DNA of 64,000 nt, taken from NCBI GenBank assembly GCA_965215275.1, contig OZ244044.1, positions 608,001 through 672,000 on the forward strand. Direction: 5' to 3'. Both the position numbers and the translations under genes were made by a program. Source of the stretch: Thermodesulfobacteriota bacterium. GTDB taxonomy: Bacteria > Desulfobacterota_D > UBA1144 > Nemesobacterales > JAJCZQ01. The notes beneath the pieces were generated by a model that was given only the letters and a program-made list of their open reading frames with translations, searched no databases and was not told the origin of the DNA. Shown here in pieces: positions 1-10,377 of this stretch. Each line of letters opens with the position of its first letter. Within the stretch, counting starts at the first letter, position 1.

Positions 1-1861
1 CTTTGATACTCCACGAGTGCAAGGTCCCGACATCTCTAGAAGCAGTATCAGAGATATTAAGGGTCCATTCTCCAGCAGGATCTTCTCCTAGGTGTTTAGC
101 TGAACCAAAACGATGAGTGTAATTGGTATAAGAGGTACGTGTTCCAAAAAGAAAAGCAAAGACCATAGCTCCCTGTACATGCTCCTTTGAAAGTTTCGAC
201 ACGGTACCGTCAGGGGAGGTTATCTGTATCTCCAGATCTGCAAAGAAAGTGTGAGTGAACCTGAGATTGATCTCTACAAATTCCGTAAAAAGGTCAGTAT
301 CGGATATGTTCAGGCTGGAAATAATTTCTCCGTCTGCTCCACCTGTGTGATCGGGGATCGCTGTATTAATATTACCCGAGGAAGCAGTCAGGGTTTTCAT
401 CTGTGCAACCCGGTTCCAATTTTCGGCAAGTTCCACTGCCGCTTCAGCATCTACTACGCCAAAACCGTACTTTGGATTGTAATTATAACTGTCTGTATCA
501 GAACCGTATTTAAGTGCTCCCGTTTCCCAGCCCGGGTCGGTCGGGTCGTTCCTGCGAGCTGAAGCTGCCAGTATCAACTTCAGGTCCCTCCAGCTCAGAT
601 CACCGTTTACCTCTCTCATCAGTGCTGCTACACCTGAAACGGCCGGAGCGGAAAATGATGTTCCTTCCTCTCTAAAACCATAGCGGTCGTTATTAGCGGT
701 CGTTGTAATAAACGAACCTGGAGCACATATCCATAGACTTACTCCCTCTTCTGAAAAGGAACTTTTCCTGCCGAAACCGTCTACTGAACAGACAGAAGTT
801 ACGGCGTAGTAATTAGAATACTCTTCAAAATTAGCTTGGTCGTATAAAGTATGTCCATTTCCAGCCGACCAGACATAAAAAACTCCTTTACCACCAAACC
901 CTTCCCTGATACCCGTTTCCACTGCCAGTTCCCAGGCTCTCCCGGAATTATGAAGACTGGGACGATCTGTTGCTCCCCAGCTGTTGCTGGATACCGCTGT
1001 TATAACGTGATTACGGGTCATAGCGTCTGCTATATTAGCTGAAGTACCATTACTCCCATCTAACAAGTTATAACTGTAGATACTTGCCTGAGGTGCTACC
1101 CCTCTCACGCCCAGTTCATTATCACCCACTGCCGCTATAACGCCCCCTGTTCGTGTACCATGACCTAAAGGACTGAATACATTATCGTTTCCGGAGTAAT
1201 CATGATTGAGGTCGGAATTCACATTGTCAGCAAGGTCCTCATGATCGGAGTCTATACCATCATCGACCACCGCAACGTTAATGCCACTCGCCAATATTTC
1301 ATCATTCCAGACCCCCTCCACGTTTATATCCTCTCCGGCGGTTATTCTCTGCCCGTTAAATCTCCACTGCCCCGTATTGTTCAGATGCCACTGACAACCG
1401 TATAAAGGGTCGTCGGGAAAACCGGTGATAAGGTCCTCACAATCAGAGGAAGAAGTATTATCTCTGGTATCCGTTATAACCTGAAGCTGGTACTGGTCGG
1501 CACCACTGCTTCCCACGACGATATAGTACGTTCCCGGAACGAGAGGAGCTGAAATATTCCGATTATCGTTGCTGTCACTTGCTATCAGGTCATCACTGCT
1601 GTCACACAACTGTAAACTGTAATCGAGATTATTACTGGTAAAGACTGTCCTTATAATGACGTCAATATCGGACGCCGGGTCCATCTGAAAGTAATGCAGC
1701 CCGCCGGCACTTTCAAAACTCCCATCGTGTGCCGCTCCGTCCACTGTCAACGTGGCTTCGGTCACTGCACCGGAGTCACAGTTATTATCACTGGTCTGAC
1801 CATAGGCAGCTATGGACGTTAAAAAGCACAGCATAAAAAAGATAAAGGGAATTATATGCAT
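1..1861 (-). CDS. Secreted S8 (kexin/subtilisin-like) protease with N-terminal PPC-like domain and P-domain; surface-protein family copy A; 3' end runs off the window
   Basis: Translated by hand; absent from the ORF track because it has no stop in the window. ATG at 1861, signal-like MHIIPFIFFMLCFLTSIAAYG-Q, motifs VAVVDDGID, GHGTRTGGVIAA, SAGNGH, GTSFSAP, ending TLHSWSIK at the window edge. Paralogous to 59922..62042. Confidence 0.88.
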   Translation of the reverse strand, partial: MHIIPFIFFMLCFLTSIAAYGQTSDNNCDSGAVTEATLTVDGAAHDGSFESAGGLHYFQMDPASDIDVIIRTVFTSNNLDYSLQLCDSSDDLIASDSNDNRNISAPLVPGTYYIVVGSSGADQYQLQVITDTRDNTSSSDCEDLITGFPDDPLYGCQWHLNNTGQWRFNGQRITAGEDINVEGVWNDEILASGINVAVVDDGIDSDHEDLADNVNSDLNHDYSGNDNVFSPLGHGTRTGGVIAAVGDNELGVRGVAPQASIYSYNLLDGSNGTSANIADAMTRNHVITAVSSNSWGATDRPSLHNSGRAWELAVETGIREGFGGKGVFYVWSAGNGHTLYDQANFEEYSNYYAVTSVCSVDGFGRKSSFSEEGVSLWICAPGSFITTTANNDRYGFREEGTSFSAPAVSGVAALMREVNGDLSWRDLKLILAASARRNDPTDPGWETGALKYGSDTDSYNYNPKYGFGVVDAEAAVELAENWNRVAQMKTLTASSGNINTAIPDHTGGADGEIISSLNISDTDLFTEFVEINLRFTHTFFADLEIQITSPDGTVSKLSKEHVQGAMVFAFLFGTRTSYTNYTHRFGSAKHLGEDPAGEWTLNISDTASRDVGTLHSWSIK

Positions 1862-2087
1862 AACTTCATACACGAATAAGTCGTCAGCATCCCGCTTTGC
1901 ATGAAAAGCGGTCTCAACGACGTATCAGGATATCCGTTATAACGGTACAGTCGCTGACTGCTTTGTTTTATATTCATCAGATCCGGACTTACCCGTTTTA
2001 CTGATAAGGTTACCGGTTTTTCATAAAGTAAACCTCTGATCCCTGACGTAACGTCCATGAGTTGATTTCAGCTCACCTGATCTTCCA

Positions 2088-2954
2088 TTACCGGCTGTCC
2101 AGTAACTTTATTTCAAAAACCTTCGGCCAAAGTTTACCGGTTACAAATATCCTGCCCTTCTGCTTATCAAAGGCAATACCATTGAGAACCCCGACCTTAC
2201 CGCCTGCCTTGACCATGTAATGAAGATTTGACAGGTCGTACCGGTCAATGACCTTTCCCGTACCGGGGTCTACAGAGATTATTTTATTAGATTTCCATAT
2301 ATTTGCATAAATTTTTCCGTTTATGTATTCAAGTTCGTTAAGCAGGTTCACCGCCCTGCCATTGTAAGAGACCGTAATTACCCTGGCTTGCTCCAGGGAT
2401 ACAGGATCGTAAAAGAAAAGTCTGTCCGTGCCATTACTTATTATAAGGCTTTCTCCATCGTTGGTTATTCCCCACCCCTCAAAAGGATAATCAAAATAGC
2501 CAACTATATTGAAGTCCTCAATATCATATATTATCCCGGTCATCGCCTTCCAGGTCAGCTGGTAGATCATGTCGTTCAACACGGTTATTCCTTCACCAAA
2601 AAGGTCACGCGGGAGATCGTGGATCTTTTCGACCCTGCCAGTTCGCAGATCGATCTTACGCAGTGACGACCTGCCGTACAGACCAGTGCCTTCATACAGA
2701 TTACCGTTGTAAAATACAAGCCCCTGTGTAAACGCATCCTCACTATGAGGATATGATCTGATCACCGATACGCTTTTTATGGTGGATAAAGCAGATGCAC
2801 TCCCTGCATATGACGCACACGGAACTGTCAGGACAAACGCCAGTACGGTAAAGACAGCGTGATCGGCCCCTGAGCTAAACAACCTCATTTGAAGGTAAAT
2901 TAAATACTTCCTGAAAAAACTGCAAATCATACGGTTAAGCACCAATGCTCTCAA
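2088..2954 (-). CDS. Glutaminyl-peptide cyclotransferase (plant/bacterial beta-propeller type), probably exported; true start may be downstream
   Basis: Motifs YPHxxxAFTQGL, FGEGIT, EGWGIT, LNELEYI, VLNGIA, TGKLWP; hydrophobic N-terminal segment. Confidence 0.9.
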   Translation of the reverse strand: MRALVLNRMICSFFRKYLIYLQMRLFSSGADHAVFTVLAFVLTVPCASYAGSASALSTIKSVSVIRSYPHSEDAFTQGLVFYNGNLYEGTGLYGRSSLRKIDLRTGRVEKIHDLPRDLFGEGITVLNDMIYQLTWKAMTGIIYDIEDFNIVGYFDYPFEGWGITNDGESLIISNGTDRLFFYDPVSLEQARVITVSYNGRAVNLLNELEYINGKIYANIWKSNKIISVDPGTGKVIDRYDLSNLHYMVKAGGKVGVLNGIAFDKQKGRIFVTGKLWPKVFEIKLLDSR

Positions 2955-2983
2955 TAATTTTTTAATTTTCTTGTCTTATCCTG

Positions 2984-3030
2984 AAAATTTAGGTATAGTT
3001 AAAAATATTATTAGTATACATAAATAAATT
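2984..3030 (+). promoter_or_regulatory. Candidate DtxR/MntR-family operator(s) upstream of the metal transporter operon
   Basis: Imperfect AT-rich dyads TTTAGGTATAGTTAAA and TTATTAGTATACATAAATAA upstream of the repressor gene; resemblance only. Confidence 0.3.
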
Positions 3031-3139
3031 TTTATGCTTTACAAAAATATTATTCAGTCAGTTTTAGTTTTACAAGAAGTCATTTATTAAACGGCGGGTT
3101 CTCATAATAACAGTTGCCGATGATCCGGAGATAATAAAG

Positions 3140-3805
3140 ATGCTTACTCGATCAATAGAAGATTATTTAAAGGTCATTTATGAAGTTCAGCAGGAGAACG
3201 AAAAAGTTACAACTAACTCCCTGTCCAGGAAGTTAAACGTGGCACCTGCTTCGGTTACCGGCATGATCAAGAGACTGTCGTCAAGAAAGCTGATCACTTA
3301 TAAGAAATACCAGGGGGTAAATCTAACTCCCTCAGGGGAAAAGATAGCTCTGGAAATAATAAGACATCACAGGCTCATTGAGCTTTATCTTAAGGAGGCA
3401 CTTGGTGTGACCTGGGACAAGGTTCACGAGGAAGCAGAAAAACTGGAGCACGTAATATCAGAGGATATAGAGAACAGAATGGATGAATTCCTTGGTCATC
3501 CGACCTCAGACCCGCACGGGTCCCTGATCCCGGGAAGGAACGGGGAACTCATTGAAAGAGAATGTACAAGACTGATAGAGGTAAAACCCAGATGCACGGC
3601 CGTGGTAGCGGAGGTCAGTGACCATGACCCCGATCTGCTCAGATATCTGGGAAAGCTCGGTTTTTATCCGGGGACGGTCATCAGGATCGATTCCATTGAA
3701 CCTTTTGACGGACCAATGAAGATAGAGATCAACGACAGGACCGAGTTCATAGGCGTGGAAGTAGCCAGGTATATATCAGTAACGGAAGTTCAAATAGCAC
3801 AGTAA
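3140..3805 (+). CDS. DtxR/MntR/TroR-family metal-dependent repressor with C-terminal FeoA-like domain
   Basis: EDYLKVIY, RHHRLIELYL, EAEKLEHVIS, DPHG motifs; heads the ABC operon. Confidence 0.92.
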   Translation: MLTRSIEDYLKVIYEVQQENEKVTTNSLSRKLNVAPASVTGMIKRLSSRKLITYKKYQGVNLTPSGEKIALEIIRHHRLIELYLKEALGVTWDKVHEEAEKLEHVISEDIENRMDEFLGHPTSDPHGSLIPGRNGELIERECTRLIEVKPRCTAVVAEVSDHDPDLLRYLGKLGFYPGTVIRIDSIEPFDGPMKIEINDRTEFIGVEVARYISVTEVQIAQ

Positions 3806-3817
3806 ACAAGAAAGCCG

Positions 3818-4759
3818 ATGAGACCAGTCGTACCGATCCTGATAATTTTTTCACTGCTGTCCTGTTTTCAGAGCAGCGGTCCGGGCACTGAAGAAGATAT
3901 ATCACAGAAGATCAACGTTGTAACGACGACCGGGATGATAAATGACGTCGTTCTCAATCTGGGCGGAGACAAGGTCAGCACGCGATCCCTTATGGGACCA
4001 GGCGTTGACCCTCATCTTTACAAGGCGAGTGCATGGGACGTTCAGACATTGCTGAAAGCCGACGTTATCCTGTACAACGGACTGAACCTTGAAGGCAAAA
4101 TGACCGAAGTGTTCAGGAACATGTCCAGGCGTGGTATTTCCACTACAGCCGTTGCCGAGGAACTGGAAAGATCCAGACTCCAGAGGCCCGAATCCCTTCA
4201 AGGCTATTATTACGACCCGCACATATGGTTTGACGTGGAACTCTGGACGGACGTGGTAAAGGTCATAAAGGACGTGTTGATCAGACAGGACCGTCAGAAC
4301 AGCAAGATCTACACGGCCAACGCGGAAATCTATAAAAACAAACTAAAAGACCTGCAGGGATACGTACATGAAAGGACACATGCACTGCCCGGAGAAAAAA
4401 AAGTGCTCGTCACCGCACATGACGCGTTCGGATACTTCGGGACCGCCTACGGTTTCGAGGTTATAGGACTTCAGGGTATCAGCACTGATTCAGAGGCAGG
4501 CGTGGCAGACGTGCAGGGATTATCAAAGTTAATAGCTGAAAGAAAGATCCCCGCCATATTCGTTGAGTCATCCGTTTCACCAAAGTACATCGAGGCCGTA
4601 AAAAAGGCCGTAAAGGCAAGAGGATTTGACGTCAGGATCGGAGGGACGCTGTATTCTGACGCCCTGGGAGATCCGGGAACGCCTGAGGCGGAATATATAG
4701 GTATGTTCAAGCACAACGTAGACACGATCGTGGACGCTCTAGGTCATGAAGGAAGATAG
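3818..4759 (+). CDS. troA: Mn/Zn/Fe ABC transporter substrate-binding lipoprotein (TroA-like)
   Basis: Lipobox LLSC; GVDPHLY, DPHIWFD, TAHDAFGYF, LYSDALG. Confidence 0.9.
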   Translation: MRPVVPILIIFSLLSCFQSSGPGTEEDISQKINVVTTTGMINDVVLNLGGDKVSTRSLMGPGVDPHLYKASAWDVQTLLKADVILYNGLNLEGKMTEVFRNMSRRGISTTAVAEELERSRLQRPESLQGYYYDPHIWFDVELWTDVVKVIKDVLIRQDRQNSKIYTANAEIYKNKLKDLQGYVHERTHALPGEKKVLVTAHDAFGYFGTAYGFEVIGLQGISTDSEAGVADVQGLSKLIAERKIPAIFVESSVSPKYIEAVKKAVKARGFDVRIGGTLYSDALGDPGTPEAEYIGMFKHNVDTIVDALGHEGR

Positions 4760-5510
4760 ATCAGCATTAAACGTTACGGACCTGACGGTTGCTTATGATA
4801 ACAAACCCGCCTTGTGGGATATTGACCTTAACGTTCCCAGAGGCGTCCTAATGGCGATCATAGGTCCGAACGGTGCAGGTAAGACAACGCTGATAAAAGC
4901 GATCCAGGGTCTGGTGCCAATTACGGCAGGAAGGGTGCTGATCTTTGGAAAACCGTATCATGAAAACAGAAAACTGGTCTCATACGTCCCGCAGCGCGGA
5001 AGCGTTGACTGGGACTTTCCGACAAGCGTGCTTGACGTTGTCAAGATGGGTACGTACGGCTCCCTGGGATGGTTCAGACGTCCCGGTAAAAAGGAGCACT
5101 TACTCGCACTTGAAGCTCTTGAAAAGGTCGGAATGACCGAGTTTCAGAACAGACAGATAAGCAAACTCTCGGGCGGACAGCAGCAGAGGGTCTTTCTTGC
5201 AAGAGCACTGGTGCAGAACGCTGAAATATATATAATGGACGAACCCTTTCAGGGAGTTGACGCCACTACGGAAAAAGCGATCATCTCCATTCTGAAGGAG
5301 ATCAGATCGCTGGGAAAGACCCTTCTGATCGTTCATCACGACCTGCAGACCGTCAGGGAATATTTCGACAGCGTCGCACTTCTGAACGTCAGATTGATCG
5401 AGAGCGGGAACGTGCAGGACGTCTTTAACCCGGAAAAACTGGCCAACACCTACGGAGGCAGTATCAAGTACATTGAGAAAAAATTCAATCAGATAAGTTC
5501 GGTTTTTTAA
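4746..5510 (+). CDS. troB: Metal ABC transporter ATP-binding protein (TroB-like)
   Basis: Walker A GPNGAGKT, signature LSGGQQQR, Walker B YIMDEP. Confidence 0.92.
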   Translation: MKEDRSALNVTDLTVAYDNKPALWDIDLNVPRGVLMAIIGPNGAGKTTLIKAIQGLVPITAGRVLIFGKPYHENRKLVSYVPQRGSVDWDFPTSVLDVVKMGTYGSLGWFRRPGKKEHLLALEALEKVGMTEFQNRQISKLSGGQQQRVFLARALVQNAEIYIMDEPFQGVDATTEKAIISILKEIRSLGKTLLIVHHDLQTVREYFDSVALLNVRLIESGNVQDVFNPEKLANTYGGSIKYIEKKFNQISSVF

Positions 5511-5512
5511 TT

Positions 5513-6631
5513 ATGGTCCTTGAAGAGCTCATATTTGATTACACGTTAAGGAACATAGCTTTCGGGTCAGGCGTACTGGGTATCGTAAGCGGCTTTCTGG
5601 GTACCATAGTCGTGCTCCGAGAACAAAGTCTGCTGGGAGATACGATGTCCCACGCCGCTCTTCCCGGTATTGCGGCAGCGTTCCTGATATTCAGCACCAA
5701 GCACACCTTCGTTCTTATTCTCGGGGCAGGGACGGCAGCTTTGCTGGCAACTCTCTGTATCCACGTGACCGTTAATTATTCCAAGATAAAGTTCGATTCC
5801 GCACTTGCGATCTGGCTTTCGACTTATTTCGGTCTGGGGCTCGTTCTGCTGACGATGATACAGCATCTTCCAAACGCCAATCAGGCGGGTCTGGACAAAT
5901 TCATTTTCGGACAAGCCGCTGCCCTGACCCACGACGACCTGAGAACGATGATAATATTAGGGGTGATCTCCATTCTTGTTACACTTCTGCTCTGGAAAGA
6001 GATCAAGATACTGATCTTCGACCCAACGTACGCAAAAAGCCTGGGAATAAACGTCACTCTTATCAGTTCAGTTCTGATAGTCCTGATCGTCATAGCAATA
6101 ATGATCGGACTTCAGACGGTCGGGGTCATTCTGATGAGCTCAATGCTCATTGCCCCGGCATTAGCTGCAAGGCAGTGGACCGACCGTTTCAGTCTGATGG
6201 TCGTACTTGCAGCCGTTTTCGGATCGACCGCCGGAATGCTCGGTTCCGTTCTGAGCAGTAAGGTCACGCAACTGCCGACCGGACCGGCAATAATAGTATG
6301 TGCGTCAGCAATAGTGCTCCTTTCCATAGCCTTTTCTCCCAAATACGGTCTGATCTCCAGAAAAGTGAAGGACTACCAAGGAAAAAGAAAGATCAGATTA
6401 GACACCATACTGGTTAACCTGCTTAAACTTTCCGAAAATCACAACGACCCGTTCCATCCCCATTCGATCGGCGTTCTGAGAACGATGGACGAAGATCGGA
6501 CGCACGTGGACGCAGGGCTGAAAAAACTGCAGAAACAAAGACTCGTTACAAGTATCGGAGAGGACGAGTGGGCTCTCACGAGGCTGGGGTACGACAGGGC
6601 AAGGAACGACCTAAGGATCCTGGAAAGATGA
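5513..6631 (+). CDS. troC: Metal ABC transporter permease (TroC-like) with soluble C-terminal winged-helix-like extension
   Basis: DTMSHAALPG motif, many TM helices, about 90-aa soluble tail. Confidence 0.88.
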   Translation: MVLEELIFDYTLRNIAFGSGVLGIVSGFLGTIVVLREQSLLGDTMSHAALPGIAAAFLIFSTKHTFVLILGAGTAALLATLCIHVTVNYSKIKFDSALAIWLSTYFGLGLVLLTMIQHLPNANQAGLDKFIFGQAAALTHDDLRTMIILGVISILVTLLLWKEIKILIFDPTYAKSLGINVTLISSVLIVLIVIAIMIGLQTVGVILMSSMLIAPALAARQWTDRFSLMVVLAAVFGSTAGMLGSVLSSKVTQLPTGPAIIVCASAIVLLSIAFSPKYGLISRKVKDYQGKRKIRLDTILVNLLKLSENHNDPFHPHSIGVLRTMDEDRTHVDAGLKKLQKQRLVTSIGEDEWALTRLGYDRARNDLRILER

Positions 6632-7740
6632 ACGCCGCTCAGATAGAAATACTTATAATCGCCGTTCTTGTATCTTCCTCATGCGCGGTAATAGGTAATT
6701 TTTTAATACTGAGGTCCATGGCAATGATGTCAGATGCAATAAGTCATTCGGTCCTGCTTGGGATCGTTCTTGTATTTTTTATCGTACAAAGCCTGAACTC
6801 GCCATTTCTGATCATAGGAGCCACGCTCAGCGGCCTGGCGACCGTCCTGCTGGTAGATATTTTCAATCGGAAAAAGTACATAAAGAAAGATGCCGCGATC
6901 GGACTCGTGTTCCCCCTTCTGTTCAGTATAGCGATCATAATCATCTCCAGGTACGCAAGGAACGTACACATTGATATAGACACCGTTCTGCTTGGTGAAC
7001 TCGCGTTTGCCCCTTTTAACAGATTTGTGGTATATGGGATTGATATAGGACCAAAATCCCTCCTCGTTATGGCGACCTTGTTCGTTGTTAACGTTATGTT
7101 CGTCACCGCTTTTTACAAGGAACTTAAAATAACCACCTTTGACCGGGCCTTATCAAAGTCGTTCGGATTCCTGCCCTCCCCTATCAATCTCGGATTGATG
7201 ACAATGGTATCGGTTACGTGCGTGGCCGCTTTTGACGCCGTAGGTTCCGTGCTCGTTATCGCCTATATGATAATCCCTCCGGCAACCGCGTTCTTGATAA
7301 CTGAAAGATTATCCCTTATGATCCTTATCAGCGTAGTGGTTGGAGTACTTGCGTCTTTTACCGGCTTTCTTCTGGCAAATTTAATAAACGCCAATATTGC
7401 GGGAACCATATCGGTCGTCTGTGGAGCGCTTTTTATCCTGACGATGCTTTTTTCACCCAGGAACGGAATAATATTCAATATGAGAGAAAAGGTCAGAAAA
7501 AGATGGATCTTTGCACAAAACCTGCTTCTTTTTCACCTCTCAAACCATGAAGGAGAGCCGGATTATGATCGTGAATCAAGGATTTCACATCTATATGACC
7601 ATATGCTCTGGAGCGAAAAATTCGGGAAAAAGGTCATAAGTATGGCCCAGAAGAACGGATTTATCTTGATATCGGACGAGAACCTGGTCCTGACGGCAAA
7701 AGGGAAAAACCACGTTAAGGACATAGACCTGTCTTATTGA
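6628..7740 (+). CDS. troD: Metal ABC transporter permease (TroD-like) with soluble C-terminal extension
   Basis: DAISHSVLLG motif. ATG at 6628 overlaps the troC stop (ATGA), so it is preferred to the ORF-track start at 6568. Confidence 0.88.
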   Translation: MNAAQIEILIIAVLVSSSCAVIGNFLILRSMAMMSDAISHSVLLGIVLVFFIVQSLNSPFLIIGATLSGLATVLLVDIFNRKKYIKKDAAIGLVFPLLFSIAIIIISRYARNVHIDIDTVLLGELAFAPFNRFVVYGIDIGPKSLLVMATLFVVNVMFVTAFYKELKITTFDRALSKSFGFLPSPINLGLMTMVSVTCVAAFDAVGSVLVIAYMIIPPATAFLITERLSLMILISVVVGVLASFTGFLLANLINANIAGTISVVCGALFILTMLFSPRNGIIFNMREKVRKRWIFAQNLLLFHLSNHEGEPDYDRESRISHLYDHMLWSEKFGKKVISMAQKNGFILISDENLVLTAKGKNHVKDIDLSY

Positions 7741-7810
7741 AACCCCCTACCGCAATGAAACCAACGAAACGGATCTCATAACTCCGTTTATCCTGGGTCG
7801 CTGAAGGGAC

Positions 7811-8713
7811 CTAGGTAGAAAAACCTTCCCTGGACAGCCAGGATAAGATCACATCGACCGTACTTTCAGGGTTTTCCATACAGTCATGTCTGGCATTGGG
7901 AATGTACCTGAGTATAACGTTCTCGTTTCCGGCTTTATTGAGTATCTCCTTCAGGTCCTTTGGTTCCCAGAGGTCGACTATATCGTCGCTTTCACCATGG
8001 ATAAACAGAATGGGGACCTTAACCTTTGATATATGCCTGTAGGTCTTGGCAAGGTCAGCCTCGGGACTTCTCATAAACCACCACGTTCTGTAAGAGAACA
8101 TCTCTATATCGCCCGGACCGTAAGAATTTCCCCATGCCTTGTAAACTATAAACAGCTGGTCGTTCTTACTGCTGTCAGGGTCCTGGCCGAGGATCTGCTT
8201 CGCCCGTTTGTATATATCATCGTACTGGGGAACGCTGTTGAATTTCTTCAGTCTCCTTTTCTGTGAATCAGGTAACGAATAGGAACATCCTTCAAGTATC
8301 AGTCCTTTTATATCCTCACCACCGCTTTGGGTCACGTAATACACCGCCAGATTGGCACCAAGACTGTAGCCCAGAACGTATATGTTCTCAAACCCGTTCC
8401 TTATGAGAAGCTTCACGGACTCTTCTATATCCTGTCCGGCTTCATGATAGATGCCTTCACCAAATATCTGTCCTAAAAACCCCATTCTCGTGTTAATGGA
8501 AAGCGTGCTTATACCCCTTTCAAGTAACATGGGTGGAAGTATCTGAGGAGTACCCCGTGCGAGAAAATTGCCCAGTACCCCGTGTACATTGATAATTATC
8601 GGCTTCCTGAACATCTCCTTACTGTTTTTAAATTCAGGAGTGGTTAAAAGAGCGTTAATTTCAAATCCGTCCGGGGCGTTATAAGTTAATAATCTACGCT
8701 GTTTAGCTATCAT
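7811..8713 (-). CDS. Alpha/beta hydrolase
   Basis: VHG oxyanion segment, GYSLG nucleophile elbow, IHGESDDIV, late His (ARHD). Confidence 0.85.
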   Translation of the reverse strand: MIAKQRRLLTYNAPDGFEINALLTTPEFKNSKEMFRKPIIINVHGVLGNFLARGTPQILPPMLLERGISTLSINTRMGFLGQIFGEGIYHEAGQDIEESVKLLIRNGFENIYVLGYSLGANLAVYYVTQSGGEDIKGLILEGCSYSLPDSQKRRLKKFNSVPQYDDIYKRAKQILGQDPDSSKNDQLFIVYKAWGNSYGPGDIEMFSYRTWWFMRSPEADLAKTYRHISKVKVPILFIHGESDDIVDLWEPKDLKEILNKAGNENVILRYIPNARHDCMENPESTVDVILSWLSREGFST

Positions 8714-9640
8714 CTAATTTCTGAATCTTCTATCCAGCCACCTGACTATAATATCTCCCAGTTCCTCTTCCTTACCCGAAAGCTGATGACCCGTGTTCAG
8801 ATAAAAGGCGGACACGTCGTCATTACCGGCTTCAATAGCGACCTGGGCCAGATCGTGCATCTCGTGAGAGCGTACGAACTCGTCGCTCCAGCCCTGTATA
8901 AGCAAGATCGGTTTGGTTATGTTCCTTATCTGAACGTACCCCTTTGCATCCTCGGCTTCCGGACCTGCCAGATACCACCAGGTCCTGTAGGTGTAAACCT
9001 CGGTATGATGCGGTCTGAAAGTATCTCCCCTTGCCTTATATATCAGTATCGTTCTGTCATGGTCCGGCGCCTTTGGTCTTGACTTCAGTATCTGTTTCGC
9101 TTCCTCATAAACCTCATCGTACGAAGGTTTGCTGCCGTAATGATCCCAGCGCCTTTTGATGGAGTCGGGCATTGAATAAGGCGTTGCCAGAGCTATAACG
9201 CCTTTTAATGCTTTCAGATCATTTCTGGCCGAGGAATATTTAATAACTATACTTCCGCCAAGACTGTAGCCGGAAACGATTATTTTAGTATAGCCACTTT
9301 TTTCAAGATAGCGGATAACCCCGTCTATTTGAGGAATGGTATCCTCCAGAATGCCGTAGCCGAAGAACAGGCCAAAATTGGCCATCCTGGTATTTATAGC
9401 AATCGAAGAATAACCAGCTTTTGCAAGTATAGGTGGCAGAAACCGCTGACTTCCGTCAAGGAAGTTTCCCAAAAAACCATGAACGTGAACCACGATCGGT
9501 TCCTTGTCTTCAGTATCACTGTGTTTGAGAGCTTTGTAAAAAAGAGCGTTTACCTTACTTTTGCCAACTGGAATAGAGATCAGCTCCTGTTCCATATACT
9601 TCATGTTAACTGCCTCATCGGTCATAGAAAGATCTGCCAC
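8714..9640 (-). CDS. Alpha/beta hydrolase, tandem paralog of 7811..8713
   Basis: HVHGFLGNF, GYSLG, QGWSDE, TGH; shares INTRM and YRTWW with its neighbour. Confidence 0.85.
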   Translation of the reverse strand: MADLSMTDEAVNMKYMEQELISIPVGKSKVNALFYKALKHSDTEDKEPIVVHVHGFLGNFLDGSQRFLPPILAKAGYSSIAINTRMANFGLFFGYGILEDTIPQIDGVIRYLEKSGYTKIIVSGYSLGGSIVIKYSSARNDLKALKGVIALATPYSMPDSIKRRWDHYGSKPSYDEVYEEAKQILKSRPKAPDHDRTILIYKARGDTFRPHHTEVYTYRTWWYLAGPEAEDAKGYVQIRNITKPILLIQGWSDEFVRSHEMHDLAQVAIEAGNDDVSAFYLNTGHQLSGKEEELGDIIVRWLDRRFRN

Positions 9641-9674
9641 GATACAAGTTCTAATATGGAACAGATTACAACAA

Positions 9675-9965
9675 TTATATGATATTTTCCAACACGGCGT
9701 GGTCGCTTCTTATATCGTCAGCATGTGATTTTGCCTCTTCCCATGTCTTACATTTGCAGTACTCGGCAACCCTTTCAGAACGAGAGGACTTCAATAACAA
9801 CGTGTCAGATTTTGAATCCCAGATGATCTGCCAGTTATCCTCCTTGAAGTTCCTCACCCATCCAAACGGAAATGACGCTGCAAGTCCAATTCCACGCTCG
9901 TTTTTCATTGACGTTCCTGACAACCTCACCGGCACCAAAGTACCCTTTAAATCTGGCTCCAACAA
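9675..9965 (-). CDS. Hypothetical protein
   Basis: 96-aa ORF co-oriented with the hydrolase pair; no motif recognised. Confidence 0.5.
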   Translation of the reverse strand: MLEPDLKGTLVPVRLSGTSMKNERGIGLAASFPFGWVRNFKEDNWQIIWDSKSDTLLLKSSRSERVAEYCKCKTWEEAKSHADDIRSDHAVLENII

Positions 9966-10377
9966 GACTGCATTCTATCTTTGCAGTACATGTTCCAGGG
10001 TACCTCACGGCATCCGTCCCTGATGACCGGTTTCTGTCCTGCATTTCACTTTTATACCCTCTGTGAAAGACAAACAGATACCATGCTGCTGCCAAGCGGA
10101 TAAAACAAAAATATAAACTGGAACACGGGTTTAAATGGGCTTTTCACAGCACAAACACCAGCCGGTCATCAGCTTAGGGGTTCATATACTCTATCAGACA
10201 AATCCTTGTAACTGCTTGCTTTTCTTATTTTTCTTTGGGAATTACACCGAATAGCTGACAACCCACGGATCATTCCTCTTTTTCCTCTCCATAATACCCT
10301 GTTCAAGATCCGTTTTACCCATAAGGAACTTAATAACGCTGTCAGACGCTGTCTCGTTCATTATCTGATCCCTTATG

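Noticed and set aside
251..1405. Plus-strand ORFs 251..562, 851..1042, 1202..1405 and similar ones at 60225-62009
   Set aside because: Antisense shadows of the minus-strand S8 genes; they resemble each other only because the real genes are paralogs.
1852..2058. 68-aa ORF as the frameshifted N-terminus of copy A
   Set aside because: No homopolymer at the junction, and copy A has its own ATG and signal peptide at 1861.
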